NCBI GenBank assembly: GCA_043228905.1
Contig: JBHGNT010000013.1
Coordinates: 6,758,001-6,822,000 of the forward strand
DNA length: 64,000 bases
Direction: 5' to 3'
From: Azolla caroliniana
Lineage: Eukaryota; Plantae; Polypodiophyta
The number at the start of each line of letters is the position of its first letter. Position 1 is the stretch's first letter. Below the pieces are notes generated by a model, which saw nothing but the letters and a program-made list of their open reading frames with translations, was not told the origin of the DNA and made no database searches. The position numbers and the translations under genes were made by a program. Shown here in pieces: positions 35,364-47,989 of the stretch.

Positions 35364-37199
35364 GAGGACAATAATGCTTAAAGTACAACGTTCAATACAG
35401 AATTTTATTTGGGGTAACAACATGTCTGACAATTCGGTAGCAAAGGTAGCTTGGACAGTTCTTATACAATCTAAGCAGAAAGGAGGTCTAGGTTTGATTG
35501 ATCCTTTTATGCAAAGTAAAGCGTTAGTTTCTAAACATGTTGTTAGGAGTTTATTGCCAGGAGAGGAGTTATGGAAAAAGTTATGGATTAGGCATTTACA
35601 TAAGGTCAAGCCATCAATAGGTGGTCAATAGAATGATAGTCTTAGATGGTTTTTCAATGCAGATTTTCCATTACCTAAGTCTAATGTTTGATCCTTACGT
35701 TTCTTTAATGGAATATTTCGAGCATGGGAAAGTATTCATCAAGCACTTATTTTCTTGCCACCGAAAACTTTTCCTCAATTCATGCGTCAACCTTTGATAT
35801 GGAACCCTTTATTTACGGATGAAGCTGCATGTGTGTTGGGTCTATGACCTAGGTTATCTTGGGCTGCAATGGACAATGGTCTAGCCCGAACAATTGTGAT
35901 TGGATAAAATTTTTGTAGACATTAGCACAAGACCGAAAGAATAGGTTGTCTAACTTAAGAGGGGCAAACATAGTGGTATCTCAATTGTCCATGGTGTATC
36001 AGGTCACAGTACCAACTTTGCAGTTCAATCATTTTCAAAGTTGGTACGATATGTTTTCGACACTTAATATACTTATAGGTGCTCGTTTATAGCATCAAAA
36101 TGGTAGCTTCTACTTCTATGAAGTGTTGGATAATCGTAGGTTGGTATTAGTAGATGACGAGTCTCCAATTATGTCCGCTGCAAAGCAGTTACCCATGTGA
36201 GTAATTGCTAGATTGGATAAAAAATTGTTTATTGACCTTAGTCCCTTAATTGCTAACTATGCATCTCATATTTGGGTTTTACACTCTAGGCCACTTGTTG
36301 ATCTGCAGTGGGATCCTGCAGATTATGGTTGGAAATTATCCATGCCTAATAATTCCACTAAGGTCCTCCCATTTTTCACATATTCGGTGGCGTTTGGGAG
36401 AAACTTTATGTTGAGTTAGACCGAGTCAGTACCTGCTGGAAAAAAGTATTGGGAGGAAGGTAATGTCTCATCTTCTCATATGTGATGTTTTGGAAACAGT
36501 TTTGGTCAATTAAATGTATGAACAAGATATTACACTTTTGTTGGTTGATAATTCATTACGTGTTGCTAGTAGGTGATTTGATGAGGGGATCTGTAGCTGA
36601 TCGGTCATGCGTTATGTGTGGTTTTGTACGTGAGTCATTGCATCATGTATTTTGGGAATGTGTTGTCGCAAAAAAAATTTGGTTTAGAATTCTTAGGCTA
36701 CTAGGTCGTAAGTATAGGTCGGGGATTTTCACGTGGGGTGCAGTCTTCTGGGGAGGGTTAGATCAACAAATGACTTTCTATCATCATCATTATTCTTCCT
36801 TGACATTACATGTCAGAATTTTGTAGGTAAACTCTACTTCGATCTCCTTGCAAGGAATCAAGTTTTTCTCCCGTAGTTACGTCTGGCAAATTGTCGCTTC
36901 TTTGGCTTCATGGGTTCTTTGGAAAGCTAGGTGTTCCAAGCTATACAATGATGGAAACATTCACATCGTGGATCAGGTTAAGTCTTTTTGGGACTTATTG
37001 GTACACATGGTTAAAGGTGAATATGACAATTATAAGGGTTTTGGACACACAACTAATAAGAAAAGAATGAGAATTTGTAGAGTCTGGTCATCTATACCTA
37101 TTATGTTGAATGAAACTGCAGATATCAAGTGGAACTATGTACCGCCTCGTTGGTTGTTCCCGCCACGGGCACCATCTTTAGTACAAATAACATGACATA

Positions 37200-38200
37200 A
37201 CATAGATAAGTGATGCTATTTTTGTCAGGATAAGTGATGTTATTGTGATGTTGGTGGTAGTCAACAACATGGCAAGCTGGAATTGGTGCCGATAAGCGAG
37301 ATGTTGTTGTGGACTTAAGAAGCAAATTCTTTTTGAGCGATAAGGATGAGTGAAGATGGTGTGGGGGTTGAAGCACATTATTATGAGTAGGAATTCAGTG
37401 AGATGGAAGATGATTGGCGAGCTTGAGACGAGTGATGTTGGGGTGGTGGAGAGGTTGGTGGTAGTCAGCGACATGCCAAGTTGGTAGGTGAGAAGTTAGG
37501 TGGACGAAATGAAGAAGATTGTAGGTTTCTTAGGTTTCTTGCGTTGTTGTCATGTAGTTATTGTTTTTATATCATATTGCCATGACGAGAGGATGAGTAC
37601 GGTGGTGTGGGGGCTGAAGCAAATATATGAGGGGATGAGGAAACATTTTATAATCATTTTGCTATCATTTATACCGGAATTTGGTGGTAATCGGCGAGCT
37701 GGTTGATGTGGACTTAAGAAGCAAATTCTTTTGAGGGATAAGGAGAACTGAAGATGGTGTGGGGGGTGAAGCAGAATATTATGAGTAGGTACAAGAAATT
37801 GCTGAAAATGGAGAGATGGTTGATGTTGAAAATGAAGCAGATTGTCTATAATCATGAGTGAAGATGGTGTTGAAGGCTGAAGCAGATTTTTATGAGGGTC
37901 TGAGGAGAGTGAATTCAAACTATTTTTGGGTAGGTATAAGAAATTGTTGAAAATGGAGAGATGGATGTTGACAATGAAGTTGACTTTATATTGTTGATAA
38001 CATGAATGAAGATGGTGTAGGGGGCTGAAGCATACCTTCATGAGGGGAGAAGGAGAGCACACTGGATTTTGTAGGTACTGGACTTTCAAGATGGTGGATG
38101 TGGTAAATGAAGTAGATTTCCTATTTTTTGAAAAGGATGAGTGAGGATGGTGGCAGGGGTTGAAGCAGATCATCATGAGGGGATGAGGAGAGTAGACTCA
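37200..38200. repeat. Degenerate dispersed repeat (GAGTGAAGATGGTGTGGGGGYTGAAGCA-like motif, about 6 copies)
   Basis: Motif recurs near 37348, 37595, 37748, 37857, 38006, 38140. Confidence 0.6.
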
Positions 38201-38340
38201 TTCAGTTTTTGTAGGAATCAACGAAATTGGTATGGACGTGAACTGTGGATTTCTAGCTGAGGAACAAGTACTGTTTGAGGAACTACAAGTTTAGAGGGGT
38301 GTTTCATGGGCTACTCTTGCCAATTTATTGCTTGAAGAAG

Positions 38341-38807
38341 TGTTGTAGGTTTTAGGGTTAGGGTTAGTGATAATTATGATAAAGACAGACATGGTGAGTG
38401 TGATGATAGCAATGGAGATGGTGATCGGTGCGGGATGTGCATTGAGAAGCATTGCGGGGTGGGGGGTGGTGCCTAGAATGGCTCCACCCCCCTCCCAAGG
38501 GGGTTCAATGTTAGGGAGAGGGAAGAGAGAGAGAGATGATGAGAGAGAGAGGTTAAGAGAGAAATGATCATTCTCTTCATTCATTCCCCATAAGGGGTTA
38601 AATAGGTACAAAGGGGTAGATACACAAGGGTGCAAGTCCCTTGGGCATTCACACCTAGTCACTCACTCACACCTCTTTGTATCTACCACACTCACACTTA
38701 CATTCACACTCATAATCATATAACATTACACATACATATCAACACATGACATCTTTCACCCTCACTTATCACACTTATCAATCACCCGTACATCTCGTAC
38801 GGTAACA
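38341..38807. mobile_element. Solo LTR (467 bp)
   Basis: TGTT...AACA termini with a perfect TSD AGAAG at 38336-38340 and 38808-38812. Confidence 0.8.
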
Positions 38808-39329
38808 AGAAGCATGGGCCTTTCTATTTTCTTTGGCACTCATCGCAGTAGCAAACCAGTATTTCATATGGTATGCTCATTTGGATATGGGACCTCTCAT
38901 ATGCAGCAACGATCAAGAAATAATAGTCAAAGAAGCTCTATTAGTACAACATGTTGAATTCGATGGACAGTGCTATGGGATTTGGCATGGCATCAACATT
39001 ATTGGGGGTTATGGGCTTTGGCATCGCAACAACATTACTTAGGGAGAATTTTAGAGATTGTGGATTTCATGTTTACGAACCAACTTTGGTAAGATATAGG
39101 AAATTTGAGGGAATTCTAGTACAAAAGTTGTAATGGGCCTTTGTGGTGGCTGTTGTTATGGCTGCAATGGAAGTTAAAGTAGAGAGAGTATTATTTGGAG
39201 AGGAAGGTGCAATACACTATTGTACTCTAATCGACAATATCTCCAATTTATGTCACAAAACTTCTAGTACACAGGCCTATTTCAGGAGGACTTATGAAAG
39301 CTGGAAATGGAACTCTCACGATCATTTTT

Positions 39330-39760
39330 GCCGGATTGTTGAAGCACGAGATGTGTTCGAGCACCTTCTAACTACAAATGTGGTCTCATGGAATGCAATT
39401 ATAATAGGGCATACAAAACATGGATGTTGGTTGATATGATTTTGATGTTGAAAATGAAGCATATTCCTTGAGCTTTTCATAATGATGAGTAATTGTGGAT
39501 TATCTTCCCTATTATGGCATCCATAGGCAAAGATATCGAACAGAGAGGGCAATGGAAATGCTGTTGAAGATTCACCGATGATAGGCCCAATTCCTATTTG
39601 CAAGACAATCTTTTGAATAGGTCCACAACATGTGGCACTTTGGTTAAAGGAAAACGAGGTTTGTCTAACCATGTCTATGATAGACGTTGCACTATGGAAT
39701 GCATCAATCACATGCTAGGCAAACAAGGGTAATAGCTTTGTGCCGTGAAGTTATTGCCAA
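39330..39760 (+). pseudogene. PPR (PLS-type) gene remnant
   Basis: EARDVFEHLLTTNVVSWNAIIIGHTKHG and a second degenerate DVALWNA motif near 39680. Confidence 0.6.
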
Positions 39761-39838
39761 AAATGTTGGGTGAGAAGGTGAAAAGAAGCTTAGAATGCAT
39801 TATTTGTGGTTTTCATAGGTCATCATGGCTAAAGCCAT

Positions 39839-40224
39839 TGTAATGTTTTAGCTTAATAATTTCCTCATGTATGCAGAATTCTATTAATGAAGAATATATT
39901 TTTTGGAAAAAAAAGAAAGAAAGATGGGTTTTGCACCATATGGATGTAAAAAATGCTTTTTTACATGGTAACTTAGAAGAAGAAGTGTATATGTCAACCA
40001 CGAGGTTTTGAAGATAAGAAGCATCCAAAATGTAATGTTTTAGCTTAATAATTTCCTCATGTATGCAGAATTCTACTAATGAAGAATATATTTTTTGGAA
40101 AAAAAAGAAAGAAAGATGGGTTCTGCACCATATGGATGTAAAAAATGCTTTTTTACATGGTAACTTAGAAGAAGAAGTGTATATGTGTCAACCACGAGGT
40201 TTTGAAGATAAGAAGCATCCAAAA
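39839..40224. repeat. Tandem duplication of about 192 bp
   Basis: 39839-40030 repeated at 40031-40224 with few differences. Confidence 0.9.
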
Positions 40225-41818
40225 TATGTATGTAGGCAGAAAAAGGCTCTCTATGGATTGAAACAAGCACCAAGGGCATGGCATAAAGAACTTTCAGAAT
40301 CTCTGAAAAAATTTTCTTTCAAAATGTCAAAGGCTGATCCATCATTATATGTAAAAAGGATAAGTGATTGCATCCTTGTGATTGTGATTTATGTAGATGA
40401 TTTAATCATCGGTGGTTCTATGGATGAAATAAGCAAGCTGAAAAAAATTCTTGAAATGCACTTTCATATGAAGGATTTGGGAGAGCTGAGATACTTTCTT
40501 GGCATTGAGATGATCAAATCTGAAAGTGGTATATATATGTTGCAAAAATAGTATGCAACAACTATGTTGAAGAAGTATAGTATGCTTGGATGCAAACCTA
40601 TTGGTATACCACTAGATCAGAACTGCAAATTGAGGGCTGATTTGGGAGCCAAAATAGAAGATGTAAACATGTACAGGTCTATGGTGGGCAGCCTTATATA
40701 TTTGACCATAACAAGACCTGATTTGAGTTATGTTGTTGGATTAGTCAGCCTGTTTATGCAACAGCCAACAAAGCCACATTTGGACTGCATAAGAAGAATT
40801 TTGAGGTATGTAAAGGCTACTCAAAATTATGGACTATTTTACAGGGCTGATTTGGACATAAAGCTGGAAGGATATACAGATGTTGATTGGGCTGGAAGCG
40901 AAACTGATAAAAGATCCACAAGTGGATATATGGTTACATTGGGAAATGCAGCTATTTCATGCAGTAGCAAGAAACAAGCTACTATTGTATTATCAAGTAC
41001 TGAAGCTGAATATAGAGGAGCTGCAATAGCTACCTGTGAAGAGGTATGGATCAGAAGATTGCTTGCTGATTTGGGACAATATATAGATGGTGCAGTGACA
41101 ATTTGGTGTGACAATATGAGCAACATTCAGCTTGCAAAAAATCCAGTGTTCCATACAAGAACAAAGCACATTGAAGTGCATTATCACTTTGTTAGGGAAA
41201 AAGTGATTGATGGAGATGTGGATTTGCTGTATGTAAGTACAAATTAGTAAGTGGCTGATATTCTTATGAAGGGATTGAGCATGGAAAAACATACATAGTT
41301 TAGAGACATGATGGGAGTTATAACCATCGGCATGGTAGCTGAAAAGCATGAAGAAAAGAAGATTGAAGATGATCCCAAGATAGGATAAGTTGAGATTGAG
41401 GGGGAGTGTTGAGAAGCATGCTCAACAAAGGTACGTGATGCTTATTGAGAAATAAGCTATAGTAGCTATTTAAAGCTAATTAGCTACTAGTGGACATAAA
41501 AGTGAAACAACTATTTAGCTACTGACAACTAATTAGCTGCATATGTAAGTGACTTATAACTTAGGTAAAAAGTAAGTAGAAAAGTAGTAGAGAAGAGTAG
41601 TAAGTTGTAAGTGAGAGAAAGTAAGAACAGAAAACAGAAAACTAACGAGAGAGAGTTGAACTTTGTGTGTAATGGAATATAAGTTTTTGGACTGTGCAGA
41701 GGTAAGTCTCCTTCCCCTTCCCCTTTCTGTCTTGAGCACTAAACGATCCAGCACATCATGATTTGCTGTGCACACAGAAGAGTCGTAGCGCCTTCGTAAC
41801 AACATCTACTCCTCAACA
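39920..41818 (+). mobile_element. 3' half of Copia-W (RT, RH, PPT, 3' LTR 41407-41818)
   Basis: [48 protein letters not shown]; PPT GATTGAGGGGGAG; LTR TGTTGAG...CTCAACA. Confidence 0.9.
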
Positions 41819-42473
41819 ATGTGGACTCCCCAACGATGTCATCTCCGATCGCGGACCCCAGTTTGTCTCTCACTTTTGGCAGTGGCTGTTGCACACTTTA
41901 AGCATCTCTGTGAAGTTGTCCTCCACATATCACCCCCAAACTGGCGGTCAGAAGGAGTGCGTCAACCAAATCCTTGAGCAATGTCTTCGATGCTTGGTTA
42001 GTTACCAACAAGATGATGGGTCAACTTACTTTCACTAGCAGAATTCGCCTACAATAATTCTCTCCATGCATCGACTTGCATCACTCCCTTCTTTGCAAAC
42101 TATGGTTTACATCCTTGGTTCAAGATTTCCCTCCCTACAACTTCTATGAACCCTTCGGCAGAGGGTTGAGCCCACGTTTTAGAAGAGCTACATCATGACT
42201 TATCCTTAGAGCTTAGTCTCGTTGGCGAACAAAGCAAGAAGCAAGTTGATCGCCATCACTCTGCCACTCCACCCTTTGTTGTCAGCGACACGGTCTAGTT
42301 GTTACGACGAAACATCTCTACTACTCGTCCATGTGCGAAACTTGATTACATGAAGTTGGGACCATTCTGTATAGTTGAGCGCAACAATCCCATTGCCTTT
42401 TGGTTGGCCTTTCCATCCCACTTCCGGATTCATGATGTTTTTCATGTCTCCCTCCTCGAACCCCATTATGCTT
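41819..42473 (+). mobile_element. Tcn1-like integrase fragment D
   Basis: GLPNDVISDRGPQFVSHFW, STYHPQT, AEFAYNNS, IHDVFHVSLLEP. Confidence 0.8.
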
Positions 42474-45018
42474 TGTAACATACATATATAGTGATAGAAA
42501 CTTAGACATTAACAAATGATGTAGATATATAGGAAAGATTCAAGCTATAATAGTATAAGAATGAAAAGATATGTATCAATATAGGGGGAAGAGCTCTTAC
42601 ATATACGATTATTCTACACTCAAAAGTCTATAGCCTTCTTTTATACTACTAAAGAAATTTTGCATGAACGCCACTTGTTAAACACGCTTTTTGCATGCAC
42701 ACCACTTTTGCATGCACATATTATGACATGCAATTACCTTTACCATTAACTAATATTGACTATTGAATAATATAAATAAATCAATAATGGTATTATAGTT
42801 AAATCAACTAACTGTGAACACATATGTCATGTGTTCAAGTCCTTCCAAGTATGATCTTGACTTCCAACACTCCCCCTCAAGCTCGAGATGATATATCTCC
42901 TATGTTCTTTTGACGCATGAACTTTTTTAACTTTTCTGAATCCAAAAACTTTGTAAATATATATGCAACTTGATCACCTGTCTTAACATGTAACAAAAGA
43001 ATTTCTTTGGTTATCACTTTTTCTCTTATGAAATGATAGTGAACTTCAATGCATTTGCTCCTTGCATGAAATATTGGATTCTTCCTAAATAGATTGCTGA
43101 CATACTATCTGAACATAAAATAAAATCACCATAATTTATTTGTAAATCACCCAATAACTTCTTCAACCACATCATTTCACAAGTAGCATTTGCTAGAGAT
43201 CTGTACTCTGCTTCTATTGATGACAATGTTACAGTTGGTTGTTTCTTCAAACTCCATGATATGGTTTTTGTACCTATCATAAACAAATATCCAGATATGC
43301 TTCTCCTATCATTTGGAGATCCAACCCAAACAACATCACAATATCCTTTTGGGTCTAGATTAACATCATTATCATAAATTAAACCATAATTGATTGTTCC
43401 TTTTATGTATCTCAAAATTCTTCTAACTGCATTTAAATGATTCACCATGAGCTCCTACATAAATTGTGACAAAACGCCAACAACATGAACAACGTCTGGC
43501 CTTGTGATTGTAGCATAAGTCAATGACCCAATTATACTTCTATATAGCTGAGAATCTTCAATCTTTTCACCTTCATCATATGTAAGCTTAGCATTAACAT
43601 CCAAAGGTATTTGTAATGGTTTACATGTTGACATTCCAAACTTCTTAAGCACATCAAGCAAGTATTTTCTTTGAGATAAGCATAATTCATTTTCTTTTTT
43701 TACTATCTCAATACATTTTCTTTTTTTACTATCTCAATACCTAAGAAATATTTCAACTCATCAAGATCTGAAATTTTGAATTCAGATTTCAACTTCCTTT
43801 TAACATCATTGATATTCTCATCATCATCGCTTGTAACAATCAAGTCCATAAATGCATATAGTAATGAGTTTTCCTTTTGTCACATTCACAAACAAAAAAG
43901 GATCAACATCGGATTCTCTAAAACCATTTTGCATCAAATATACCACTAATTCGTGGTACCATGCCCTTGGAGCTTACAAATATAAGTCGGAAATTTAGGG
44001 TGAACATACCCTTCTGGCTGTTCCATGTATATTTCTTCCAACAAATCACCATTTAGAAAAGCATTTTTTACATCTAATTGATACAATTTCCAACTTTTTG
44101 TTGCTGCAATTGCTAACAATGTCCTTATTGTGGTCATTTTTGCTACAAGACTAAATGTCTCCTCGTAATCTATTCCATATGTCTGTGCAAAACCTTTTGT
44201 TACCAATCCAACTTTATATCTAGCAATTGAACCATTAGAATTGTGTTTTACCTTAAATACCCACTTACATCCAATTGGCTTTTGTGTTTCACCTTTTGGT
44301 ACAAGGACCCATGTCTGGTTATCTACTAATGCTTGCATCTCCTTGTCCATTGCATCTTGCCATTTCTCACTTTTACTTGCTTCCTCGAAACATGATGGTT
44401 CTTCTACTTTTTTAACTTGAGACATATAAGCATAATGATTAACCATGAATGAATCATAAGTAAGTCTTTGAACATGATAACTTACTCTTGATGAGTGTCA
44501 CAACATGTTGTTCTCTGACCGGACAAGGCCTAACACAAGGTGTCACGGAGACACTTCACCAAAGGGTGATTACGGCATAGGATTATGACTCAACGATTAC
44601 ACCGACTTAAGTAGGTTACACGATTAGAGCGCTTTTGTTAATTACACTTGTAAGATATAACAGTAATTACAGAACGGAAATCAACACAGAAGTATAAACA
44701 CCATACGCTCTATTAATTATCCGCTGCGATTACAATGGGGTCCGGGCCTTTAAATAGGTTTCCGGCTCGTAGTACAAAACGGTGCCTATCGCACCTATTC
44801 GGGATCCGTCCGGATCTGGAACGGCATACCGTTTCCAGTCCGTCCGTCCATACTATGCTTATTTACAACCATACTTAATTAATTCCTTCACTCCGTATTT
44901 TGGACTCCTTGCCGGCCGGTAACACATGGCACGCCCGTGGGACAGTACCTTGTACGTCGAACCCTTCTCGGCCCCTTCATTGTTCACCCAAATTGTCCAA
45001 AATACTTTGTTCCAAAGT

Positions 45019-47943
45019 TTACAATTGTTCTTCCGGTTGTGGTTGTTGCGGCTGTGCTTGCTGCTGCTGCTGTGGTTGCGGTTGGGACTGAGACTGCTCC
45101 GGCTGCTCTATAGGCGGCTGCTCCGTTTGTTTCTCTGACTCCGGCATCCCTGTTTGACTGCTTCCGGTCCGGTCTCCTTCTAGTAACGGTTCCTCATCAC
45201 TGAGGTTGACCGTTATTGGTTCTCGTGCTTTCTCTTCCCGGATCCGGGACCTCTCGTAGCTTTCAAACTGGATCTGCGCCTCCAGCCTGTCGTCGTCCAG
45301 CTGAGCTACAAGTTGCCGGACTTGCCCTAGTTGGTCCTCTGCCAAGGCTTGAAAATCTTCGGCCAGCTCATCTCTTATGCCGGTGAAGTCTTCGGAAGTT
45401 AGCATATAGCAATCATCTCCCTCCTTCCGCCGGTTCTCTACGTCGGCCCGGAGCAATTGGAGTTTCGCCGCGTTCGGGGCCCACTTGGTCCACCATTTGA
45501 CGGAACCGTTGTCAATCAAGCTCTTGGTCTGGTTCAACCAGGCCCGCATGATATCCTGGATGCGACTTGCTCCCATTTGCGCTCTACTTTCCACAACTTG
45601 TCGTTCCTCCTTCAACTGCTTGATGAGATTAGCTGTATCCTCCGCCTGCTCTCTGTAGCGCGTTAGCTGCCCTTGATATGTTGTTTGCAGCCTCTGCAGT
45701 ACCTCCGCCGCTCTTTCTCTTTCCGCCTGCTGTTGCCTGAGGAGCTCTGTCCGAACCTTCTCCGCCTCTTCCAACCGTCTTCTGGTTTCCGCTTGTTCAT
45801 TAGCGTATGCCATTGCGGTCCGATCAACTGCTTGCCGGAGCTCGTCCGTCCGTTCCTTGTGCTCTGTTTGCAACCGTTTATACTCCCGGTGCAAGTGCTC
45901 AAATTCCTCCGTTTTTTGTTTGAGCTTGCCGTTGATCTGGCGATGGTTCCGGTCCTCCCGGTCCTTTAGCTGCCGGAGTTCCTCTTTCAGGCGCTCTACT
46001 TCTGTTTCGGCGTTTCTCCGGAGCCTGTCCTTCTCTTGCAGCATTTTCTCCTTCTCCTCCTTGAGCCGGTCGTACGCTTGGTGGCCTTTTCGTAAGCTCT
46101 CCTCGGCCCAGCGTAGATTCTCAGCAGTCTTTTTGAGTTCTGCCTCCGCTGCCGTCTTCAACTCTCTTTCGCGGCTCCTCAGCGCTTCTTGGGCAGCTAG
46201 CTCATCCTTTAAGTCCGCAAGCTCTTGGGCTTGTGCCGCATTTCTCTCCGGAACGGTTTCCGTTGCCGGGGTCTGATTGCTATGTACAGGTTGATCTGAC
46301 GCTTTATTCTGTACATTGCCTGGAGTCACCGGTGCTTGGACTTGTGTTGTCAAAGCCAATTGAGCCATTTCCCTTGTGACCCTGTCCAAGTCTTGTTCAA
46401 GGCTCCGGATTCTGGACCGGGCCGTCTCTAGATCTACGGTTGTGACGAGCAACCGTTCGTGGTGCGCTCTCTCCTCCGCCTCTATGTACTCGACCGCTCC
46501 GGCGATCTGCTCGCCTACCCACCGTAGCCACATGCTACTGGTGCCTTGCTGCTGTACTGGTCGGGTCGGCTCGTTCACTGTGGAATTGTCTGGCCTGAGT
46601 GCCTGTATCTGCCGTTCTGGTTCTACTCCTTGGCCGCTGTGTGTGCTGGCTGGGCTCGCCGGCTGTTGAGTTCCGGTTCTCGCCGTCTCCGGAGCCGTTG
46701 GAATGACTTCTTGTATAGAAGTCAACAAGGCCGGTTCTATACGCACCGGTTTCGGTTCCTCCCTTGTGGTTTGCTCAGGTTGAGTTGGGGGCGTTTCTTC
46801 CTTTTGCGGGTCCGAACGCTCCCCCGCTGTCCCGGCGGTCCTACTTGACCGTCGTTGGAGGTGCTCTACTGGCTCCTCCGTTTCCTCTTCCTGGGTAACG
46901 GCATGTATCTGTGCCGTCAAGGGTTCCGGTTCCTTCTGTCCCGGTCGCCGTATGGTTATCTTAACGGGTCGGACCGGTGACACCTCCTCCGGTTCTGGGA
47001 GCCGTTTCTTCCCTTTCGTCACCTTCGACGCCAGCAGCTGCTGTCGTTTGGACGCGGGCTTGGAGGTGCTTCCTTCCGATAATCTTGGCCGCTTGTTTGG
47101 CTGAACGGTCTCGACCGGCGGCGCGAGCAATGTTATCCACTGAGCTACGGCATGCCACAACTTTCGGCCCTCCTTGCCGTCCTTTCCTCGTACCGTGTCG
47201 ATTGCCGCGCACAAACCGTCTGCAATCAACACCGGCCAATCCACCTTGATCCCTTCATAGGTGGCTATGATCATCCCTGCCTGATTTTTTGGCATGACAG
47301 GGGGTCGAGGGTACACGTGGCCGTACTCATGGAGCACTCGAGCTATCTCCCTGAATAGCGGATCTTCGCCGCCCTGCGTTCGATAGCCTTTGCCGGCTAG
47401 AGAGTACTCACCGAAATATCGGATGAGTTGCTTCGAGGTTGGGTTATCGATCTGAAAAATACCTCCCTCCGGAAGGCCTGTTAGCGCACGGATCGCTTCC
47501 TCGGTGATGACTTCTGTGTCGAGCTCCTTGATGACCCGGTCGGCTTCTTTGTGCGGTGGTGCCTCCATGATGGTCAAGAACCCATCCAGTCCGTGTTGCC
47601 TGAGCCATTTCCTGGCCGCTTCCGACAGCGTTTGTGGGTCCATGTCTGCTTCGAGGTCGAGGAAAGATGGCGAGGTAGAGTGGTGATGAGAGTGAGAGCG
47701 AGAGAGAGAGAGTTCCGAACGTGGGGGTTCTCTAAGTGCAGGTTCGCGTCTGATAAGCTTCAACCGCCTTGGTGCTTCTGTGCTTCTTGGCTCGCGAAAT
47801 GAAAAGGTCTCCATGCGTTCTGCTTTTTCTCTGTGCGTCTTGGCGCCTTTTCCGAGCATGCGCACGTCGTGTACCAATTTAGTATTAAGTAACGTGGCGG
47901 CTCTTAAATGCCCACTACGTACCTTTTCGCTCCTTGCTTTCAC
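45019..47943 (-). CDS. Retrotransposon extra ORF: N-terminal PMD/Transposase_32-like domain, disordered linker, long coiled coil; likely start ATG at 47643 (874 aa)
   Basis: 974 open codons between INT and the 3' LTR in sense orientation; ITEEAIRALTGLPEGG and VDWPVLI motifs; E/K/R/Q/L heptad-rich C-terminal half; no transmembrane segment. Confidence 0.8.
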   Translation of the reverse strand: MKARSEKVRSGHLRAATLLNTKLVHDVRMLGKGAKTHREKAERMETFSFREPRSTEAPRRLKLIRREPALREPPRSELSLSRSHSHHHSTSPSFLDLEADMDPQTLSEAARKWLRQHGLDGFLTIMEAPPHKEADRVIKELDTEVITEEAIRALTGLPEGGIFQIDNPTSKQLIRYFGEYSLAGKGYRTQGGEDPLFREIARVLHEYGHVYPRPPVMPKNQAGMIIATYEGIKVDWPVLIADGLCAAIDTVRGKDGKEGRKLWHAVAQWITLLAPPVETVQPNKRPRLSEGSTSKPASKRQQLLASKVTKGKKRLPEPEEVSPVRPVKITIRRPGQKEPEPLTAQIHAVTQEEETEEPVEHLQRRSSRTAGTAGERSDPQKEETPPTQPEQTTREEPKPVRIEPALLTSIQEVIPTAPETARTGTQQPASPASTHSGQGVEPERQIQALRPDNSTVNEPTRPVQQQGTSSMWLRWVGEQIAGAVEYIEAEERAHHERLLVTTVDLETARSRIRSLEQDLDRVTREMAQLALTTQVQAPVTPGNVQNKASDQPVHSNQTPATETVPERNAAQAQELADLKDELAAQEALRSRERELKTAAEAELKKTAENLRWAEESLRKGHQAYDRLKEEKEKMLQEKDRLRRNAETEVERLKEELRQLKDREDRNHRQINGKLKQKTEEFEHLHREYKRLQTEHKERTDELRQAVDRTAMAYANEQAETRRRLEEAEKVRTELLRQQQAERERAAEVLQRLQTTYQGQLTRYREQAEDTANLIKQLKEERQVVESRAQMGASRIQDIMRAWLNQTKSLIDNGSVKWWTKWAPNAAKLQLLRADVENRRKEGDDCYMLTSEDFTGIRDELAEDFQALAEDQLGQVRQLVAQLDDDRLEAQIQFESYERSRIREEKAREPITVNLSDEEPLLEGDRTGSSQTGMPESEKQTEQPPIEQPEQSQSQPQPQQQQQAQPQQPQPEEQL

Positions 47944-47970
47944 GTCCGTTCATACCTCGATTTTTAATGA

Positions 47971-47989
47971 TTTCTTTTTCTTTTTTTTT

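Larger units (their letters stand above)
30800..37195 (+). mobile_element. Second L1 LINE, ORF2 fragments 30800-31637 and 35364-37195, central part deleted or replaced
   Basis: EN: WAIAGDFN, SRLDRFY, SDHAP; post-RT: FIWG..KVAW..KQKGGLGL; zf-RVT: CVMC..ESLHHVFWEC; LWKARC. Confidence 0.85.

Noticed and set aside
45019-47943. Envelope gene
   Set aside because: No hydrophobic signal peptide or transmembrane segment; highly charged coiled coil
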